A DNA stretch of 64,000 nucleotides from an uncultured Nitrospiraceae bacterium (GTDB lineage Bacteria; Nitrospirota; Nitrospiria; Nitrospirales; Nitrospiraceae), in assembly GCA_963730935.1 (NCBI GenBank), contig CAVSTP010000003.1:704001-768000 (forward strand), in the 5' to 3' direction. The translations under genes were made by a program, and so were the position numbers. Under the pieces are notes generated by a model, which had not been told where the DNA came from, did no database searches, and saw nothing but the letters and a program-made list of their open reading frames with translations. Shown in pieces: positions 59,390-64,000 of this stretch (its first letter is position 1; the number at the start of each line of letters is the position of its first letter).

Positions 59390-59998
59390 ATGAGTCAGCA
59401 GCCGCTTTCCACCCGGATTCTGGCAGGTGCGATTACGTTTATTGGGCTTGGGTTTGTCTGGATGGCGATTGCCAGCAATTTGCCTTCTCAACAGGAACTA
59501 TCCGCCAAGGAATCGCCGCAGCCGCCGGCTCATGCGGTGCCGGTACCGCCTCTGCCAGAACCGGTGCTTGATCTGTCGATTCCTGGCGTGCCAGCGACGC
59601 CACCGGCATCCGAGATCCCGCCATCTGCGTCGGCCGACAGACCGTCGGTCTCGAGACCGACGGATCGTCGTGCAGCCCAGGTGGCCCGGTTGCGGTGTGA
59701 GGCTGAAGTCGAGCAGCTCTGTCCGGAGGCATCGGATGGGTCAGGACGCCGCCAATGTCTGGAAAAGCGCGCGCAACAGTTGTCAGCGCCCTGTCATCAG
59801 CAAATGCGGGAGCGTTTGGTCAGGTGGAAAGAGGAGCGGAGTCGATTGACGCTGGCCTGCCACGCCGACATCAGGCGATTCTGTCCCGACGTCAAACCGG
59901 GTGGCGGGGAGACGCAGTGTTTGCAACACCATGCGCAGGAATTATCCGACGGCTGTTACGGGATGCTTCCCAAGGGCACGCTGCACTTCAAGCAGTGA
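59390..59998 (+). CDS. Membrane-anchored protein with two Cys-rich repeats
   Basis: CEAEVEQLC...C...C and CHADIRRFC...C...C. Confidence 0.8.
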   Translation: MSQQPLSTRILAGAITFIGLGFVWMAIASNLPSQQELSAKESPQPPAHAVPVPPLPEPVLDLSIPGVPATPPASEIPPSASADRPSVSRPTDRRAAQVARLRCEAEVEQLCPEASDGSGRRQCLEKRAQQLSAPCHQQMRERLVRWKEERSRLTLACHADIRRFCPDVKPGGGETQCLQHHAQELSDGCYGMLPKGTLHFKQ

Positions 59999-60033
59999 GC
60001 CCTGCCTTCTCGCTCGAACAATGAACATGGCAA

Positions 60034-60224
60034 TTTCTCACCCGCCCGCCCAGGCGAACTAGTTTTTCACCCTCCCACCCACCGATTGCTTTGCAATCGT
60101 TATCCCGCGGCGCGCCTCACCCAAGCATCGTTCTCGCTTCTTCGCTCCCTGCGACGTACCTAAAACTGTACGCCTCGGGGGCTCAGTCGCCCGGACCTTA
60201 CGGGAACCCATTTTGATCATCCTG
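60034..60224. repeat. Intergenic repeat-like element between convergent genes
   Basis: Tandem TTTYTCACCCKCCCRCCC boxes; hairpins CGATTGC-TTT-GCAATCG and CGTAC..GTACG; end TTTTGATCATCCTG. Confidence 0.5.
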
Positions 60225-60232
60225 GACTGAGT

Positions 60233-60937
60233 CTATTTCGTTTTCGGCGGGATGACATAAAACGTCATCGACACGCCGGCTACTTCAATTACATCCCCGT
60301 CCTTCAGTGCCTGCGGCACGGCCACGTCTCTTCCGCTGACCAGCAGCCGCTTGCATCCCTCTGAAGGGCTGATGGTGAAACCGCTTCCACGACTCGAAAT
60401 CAGGGCCGCCGCCTTGGGTGCGAACCATCCGGTCAGGCGGATGGCCGCGCCTTCCTGCGATCCAATCAGGTTCGCCGTTTTTGTGAGATGGTACTCCAAG
60501 CGGTCCGTCTTTCCCCAAGTGATCACGACCTTGGCCGTGATCGATGGCCCAGGAGAGAGATGTTTGCCGGAGATCGCCATGGTTTGGTCCAAATCCGACG
60601 AGGCTGAGACGGACACCGCACGAGATGGCGCGGTGTCCTGGAAGATGATTCGATGATGCCCGATCGTGATCACATCGGCATCGTGGAGCTGAGCCCGCTC
60701 GACCGGCTTGCCATTCACCGCCGTGCCGTTCGTGCTCTTGAGGTCTTCGAGGAAGTACACCGATTGCACCCGCACGATCTTGGCATGACGGCTTGAAACC
60801 GTGTGGTCGTCGATCGGCAGATCGTTATCTGGTTTGCGGCCGATGGTGAAGCTGTCCGCAGTGAGATCGATGGACCGCGAGCCTTGGCCGTGTAGTTTGA
60901 CCAGAAGTTTCGCCGAGTCAGTGAGGATGTTACCCAT
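60233..60937 (-). CDS. Double FHA-domain protein
   Basis: IGR..ND..VSSRHA..DLKSTNGT; second degenerate FHA. Confidence 0.9.
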   Translation of the reverse strand: MGNILTDSAKLLVKLHGQGSRSIDLTADSFTIGRKPDNDLPIDDHTVSSRHAKIVRVQSVYFLEDLKSTNGTAVNGKPVERAQLHDADVITIGHHRIIFQDTAPSRAVSVSASSDLDQTMAISGKHLSPGPSITAKVVITWGKTDRLEYHLTKTANLIGSQEGAAIRLTGWFAPKAAALISSRGSGFTISPSEGCKRLLVSGRDVAVPQALKDGDVIEVAGVSMTFYVIPPKTK

Positions 60938-60955
60938 ATGCTGCTCCTGTGAGGG

Positions 60956-61777
60956 TTAAGACGCTTTCAAAAACCACCGTTGCTTGATGCGGTGCCAGAG
61001 GCGACCGACGGCACCGTCTTCGACGGCGACTAGCATGACGGTGATGTTGTCCTCTCCTCCGGCATCGTTGGCCAGAGCGATCAGCCGGTCGGTCTTCTCG
61101 CTCAACTCGCCGTCCTGTTCCAGCGTTCTCAGCATCTCGCTGCAGCGGACGCCGCGAGTGAGTCCGTCCGAACACAGCAGCAACAGGTCGCCGGTGGACA
61201 CCGGCAGTTCCGCTAACTCGATATCGACGATATTCTCGACGCCTAACGCACGAGTGACGATATTCCGTCGCGGCGAGCGTTCCGCTTCCTGTTCCGTCAT
61301 GTATCCCTGCGCGACCTGTTCGGCCACCCACGAATGATCGACGGTCAGCACCTGCATGACTCCGTCCCTGATCAGGTACACGCGGCTGTCTCCGACGTGA
61401 GCAATCGACAATGTGTGCCCTGACAGACGGGCGGCGGCGACGGTGGTGCCCATCCCGGCGTATTTCGGATGTTCCCAGGACGCACGGAAGATGGCAGCGT
61501 TGGCGGCACGGATCGCCTGTGCGAGCTGATTGGTTGCCGGTGTCAGGTTGGGATCGTCCTCTGGGGTGTCGGCTGTGGGTTGGTCGCTCGGCGATTTTAT
61601 GCGGGCCAGAATGGTCTCGATTGCCATGCGGCTTGCCACTTCACCCGCGTTGCCTCCTCCCATGCCGTCACAGACGACGTAGAGCCCGAGCGAGGAATCC
61701 GCGACGAAGCAATCCTCGTTATGGGGCCGTTTCCGCCCGATGTCGGATTTGGCGGAGTGCAGCCGGTCAATCGCCAC
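60956..61777 (-). CDS. PP2C family Ser/Thr phosphatase
   Basis: NED, CDGMGG, HVGDSR, CSDGL, GGEDNIT. Confidence 0.94.
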   Translation of the reverse strand: MAIDRLHSAKSDIGRKRPHNEDCFVADSSLGLYVVCDGMGGGNAGEVASRMAIETILARIKSPSDQPTADTPEDDPNLTPATNQLAQAIRAANAAIFRASWEHPKYAGMGTTVAAARLSGHTLSIAHVGDSRVYLIRDGVMQVLTVDHSWVAEQVAQGYMTEQEAERSPRRNIVTRALGVENIVDIELAELPVSTGDLLLLCSDGLTRGVRCSEMLRTLEQDGELSEKTDRLIALANDAGGEDNITVMLVAVEDGAVGRLWHRIKQRWFLKAS

Positions 61778-61792
61778 GACCTACGTTGCCTC

Positions 61793-63196
61793 CTACGCTG
61801 CGAGGCTGTGCAGACAGGCCCGCAGGTCTTGCGCCAACTCTCCTGCCCGACGATACCGCTGCGGCAGCTCCTTCTGCAGGGCGCGGTTGATGATCTCCTG
61901 GAACATCGGCGGAAGCTCGGGGCGAAGCGTGTGCGGATCTGGATGTGGATGGTGGGCAATCGCGAAGAGCAGTGCCGACAGGTTATCGGCGGTAAAGGGC
62001 GGCTGTCCGGTCAGCAACTCGAAGAGCACGACGCCCAGGGAAAAGACATCCGACCGGCCGTCCACCTTCTTGCCCGCGATCTGCTCCGGAGACATGTAGG
62101 TCGGCGTTCCGAGCACGACGTCCGTCTGAGTCTTGCTGCTCGAAGAGATTTTGGCGATGCCGAAGTCCATGACTTTGACCAGCCGGTCCTTGGTAATCAT
62201 GATGTTTGCGGGCTTAATGTCGCGGTGCACCACGCCTTGCTGGTGGGCATAGTCGAGCGCCTCGGCGACCGAGGCTATCGTCGGCACAACTTGGAGGAGC
62301 GGCATCAGATTCGGTTTGCGCGACCAGTCCTTGAGCGACTGACCCTCCACGAGCTCCATTGCGATGTATCCCAGCTCGTCCTGTTCGCCTGCGTCGTAGA
62401 TCGTCACGATGTTCGGATGCGACAGGCGTCCTGCCGACTCGGCTTCCCGGAAGAAACGGACCTTGATCTCCTGAACCTTGTCCGGCTCCTCGATTTGGTC
62501 CAAACGCATGGTCTTGATCGCGACAAAGCGTTGAATGGTCGGATCTTTCCCGAGATACACGAGACCCATGGCGCCGCGTCCGAGTTCCTTGAGGATCTTG
62601 TAGCGGCCGAGACTCGCCGGTGGTTGTCCATTGCCATTCATCACGATGGCCGTGCTTTTGTCGACCGGCTCAGCGGCGATCTCCGCACTGTCGTCAGGAA
62701 CCGGCGACTCCTCAGGCGCGGGTGCACGGACCGGCTTTCGTTTGACGGGCGCAGGAGCAAAAGTGTTGCGCAGGAGCTCCAGATGACGCAGCCAGGCGAT
62801 GGTGAGCCAGAGCCCGGATGCAACGAGCATGATCGTATAGCCTTGCGCAAACAGGGAGGGGCCGATCTGGAAAATGAGCGGGGAGCCAAGGGTGCGGAGG
62901 GTCCTCGCACCGAAGATCACCACGGCCAACGCGGCTGATGGCAGCACGATGGTGCGAAGAAAGCTCGATCCGCGCCCATTGTCCGGGAGCTGCTGATAGG
63001 CGGACGCGGCAAGCGCCATGAGAAGGCCAAGCGCGATCCCCTGGCTCACCAGCCGCACGGCGTTGGCCCCGGTCACAGAGGTCAGCGGGATGCTGAAAAA
63101 CTCGACCCATGCCATCCCGCTGAGCAGAGGGCCCAGGAGGAGAGCCGCGAGAATGCCGCTTGCCTGAGGGATAATCCAGTGCAGGGTCTTGGACAT
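61793..63196 (-). CDS. Membrane-anchored Hanks-type Ser/Thr kinase
   Basis: N-terminal TMs; LGRGAMG, HRDIKPAN, DFG, YMSPE. Confidence 0.94.
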   Translation of the reverse strand: MSKTLHWIIPQASGILAALLLGPLLSGMAWVEFFSIPLTSVTGANAVRLVSQGIALGLLMALAASAYQQLPDNGRGSSFLRTIVLPSAALAVVIFGARTLRTLGSPLIFQIGPSLFAQGYTIMLVASGLWLTIAWLRHLELLRNTFAPAPVKRKPVRAPAPEESPVPDDSAEIAAEPVDKSTAIVMNGNGQPPASLGRYKILKELGRGAMGLVYLGKDPTIQRFVAIKTMRLDQIEEPDKVQEIKVRFFREAESAGRLSHPNIVTIYDAGEQDELGYIAMELVEGQSLKDWSRKPNLMPLLQVVPTIASVAEALDYAHQQGVVHRDIKPANIMITKDRLVKVMDFGIAKISSSSKTQTDVVLGTPTYMSPEQIAGKKVDGRSDVFSLGVVLFELLTGQPPFTADNLSALLFAIAHHPHPDPHTLRPELPPMFQEIINRALQKELPQRYRRAGELAQDLRACLHSLAA

Positions 63197-63343
63197 AGTA
63201 TTGCCGTATTGCAGTAAAAGTGAATGGACATGTATCGCCGGAAAACTGAATGGACTTCAGTCTAACGGACGGCGACCGAGAGTCAACGAATTGAGGGAAA
63301 TGTGCGGTGATTGCGCTTGAAGAACGGTGCTATGCGATCGGCT

Positions 63344-64000
63344 TCAACGTCCGGCCGCGGCTGCTTTGAGCGGCTCCAGCAGACGGGGATTCACTTTGAG
63401 GTCGCCTCGTCCATACCCGACTTCGATGTCGGGCTTCGTGATCCCGTGAAAATCGCTTCCGCCGGTGACCAGCAAGTCGAGGCGCTGCGCCAATTCGAGG
63501 TAACTCGACGTCTGAGATTTGCTGTGAGTGCTGTAATGGACCTCGACACCGTCAAGGCCTGCTTCTTTCAAGGCGGTGACGCAGCCGCGGAGCCCGTCGC
63601 CGCTGTCTTTGACCCAGGTCGGATGCGCGAGCACCGCGACCCCCTTGGCCTCCCTGATCCACTTGATCGCTTCGGCGGGCGCGGGAAGCTCGCGGGCGAC
63701 GTAGGCCGCTCTCCCCTCCGCCAGATATCGGTCGAAGGCCTCTTTGGCGGACGACACATATTTCTTCTGCATGAGTAACTGCGCGATATGAGGGCGTCCG
63801 ACCGATTCAGTGCCGGCCAGTGCGCGGACTTCCTCGTAAGTGACGTCCAGTCCGGCGGACCGGAGGCGCTCGATGATGAGCGGATTTCTCCGATGCCGAC
63901 TGGCTCGAAGCGTCGCCAGCCGCTCATTAAACAGGGGGTCTTGCCAATCGAGGCAATAGCCGAGAATGTGAAGTTCGCTCCGGCCGTCAAAGGAGCTGAT
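63344..64000 (-). CDS. PHP domain protein (partial, starts beyond window)
   Basis: LHILGY, GRPHIA, AHP, GGSDFHG. Confidence 0.9.
   Translation of the reverse strand: MSSFDGRSELHILGYCLDWQDPLFNERLATLRASRHRRNPLIIERLRSAGLDVTYEEVRALAGTESVGRPHIAQLLMQKKYVSSAKEAFDRYLAEGRAAYVARELPAPAEAIKWIREAKGVAVLAHPTWVKDSGDGLRGCVTALKEAGLDGVEVHYSTHSKSQTSSYLELAQRLDLLVTGGSDFHGITKPDIEVGYGRGDLKVNPRLLEPLKAAAAGR

Noticed and set aside
61469..62938. 489-aa plus-strand ORF
   Set aside because: Antisense shadow of the kinase and PP2C genes.
60233..63196. Kinase-PP2C-FHA operon as a novel system
   Set aside because: A well-known bacterial signalling arrangement.

Overview
GC-rich bacterial chromosome segment, most likely Nitrospira/Nitrospirota (inferred from gene content and order; not verified by search). 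It starts with the 3' end of an rRNA operon (23S, 5S). About 21 kb of accessory DNA follows (1.1-22.4 kb), then a lipid/fatty-acid catabolism cluster (22.5-32.9 kb). The rest is core genes: PilZ/PilB, proS-rseP-dxr-cdsA-uppS, tldD-pmbA, udg, hpnDE, nrdJ and an FHA/PP2C/Ser-Thr kinase module. The most striking feature is four co-oriented, diverged remnants of the 3' end of the intact exodeoxyribonuclease III gene (xth, 9677-10552). They lie downstream of it and each bounds a different cargo module. Many of their changes are synonymous, so they look like displaced ends of once-functional alleles, i.e. a gene-anchored cassette-accretion array with no integrase in the window. A similar but weaker pattern uses thiolase 3'-end remnants at 20.6-22.4 kb. 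Other notable items: two tandem HEPN-motif ORFs with an attC-like site next to the rRNA operon; a divergent pair of ~190-200 nt structured elements sharing a conserved core (49973-50492); and a PNPOx/GAF/wHTH regulator facing a two-site cupredoxin across an 11-bp-phased TTAGG array. All alignments and folds were done by eye.
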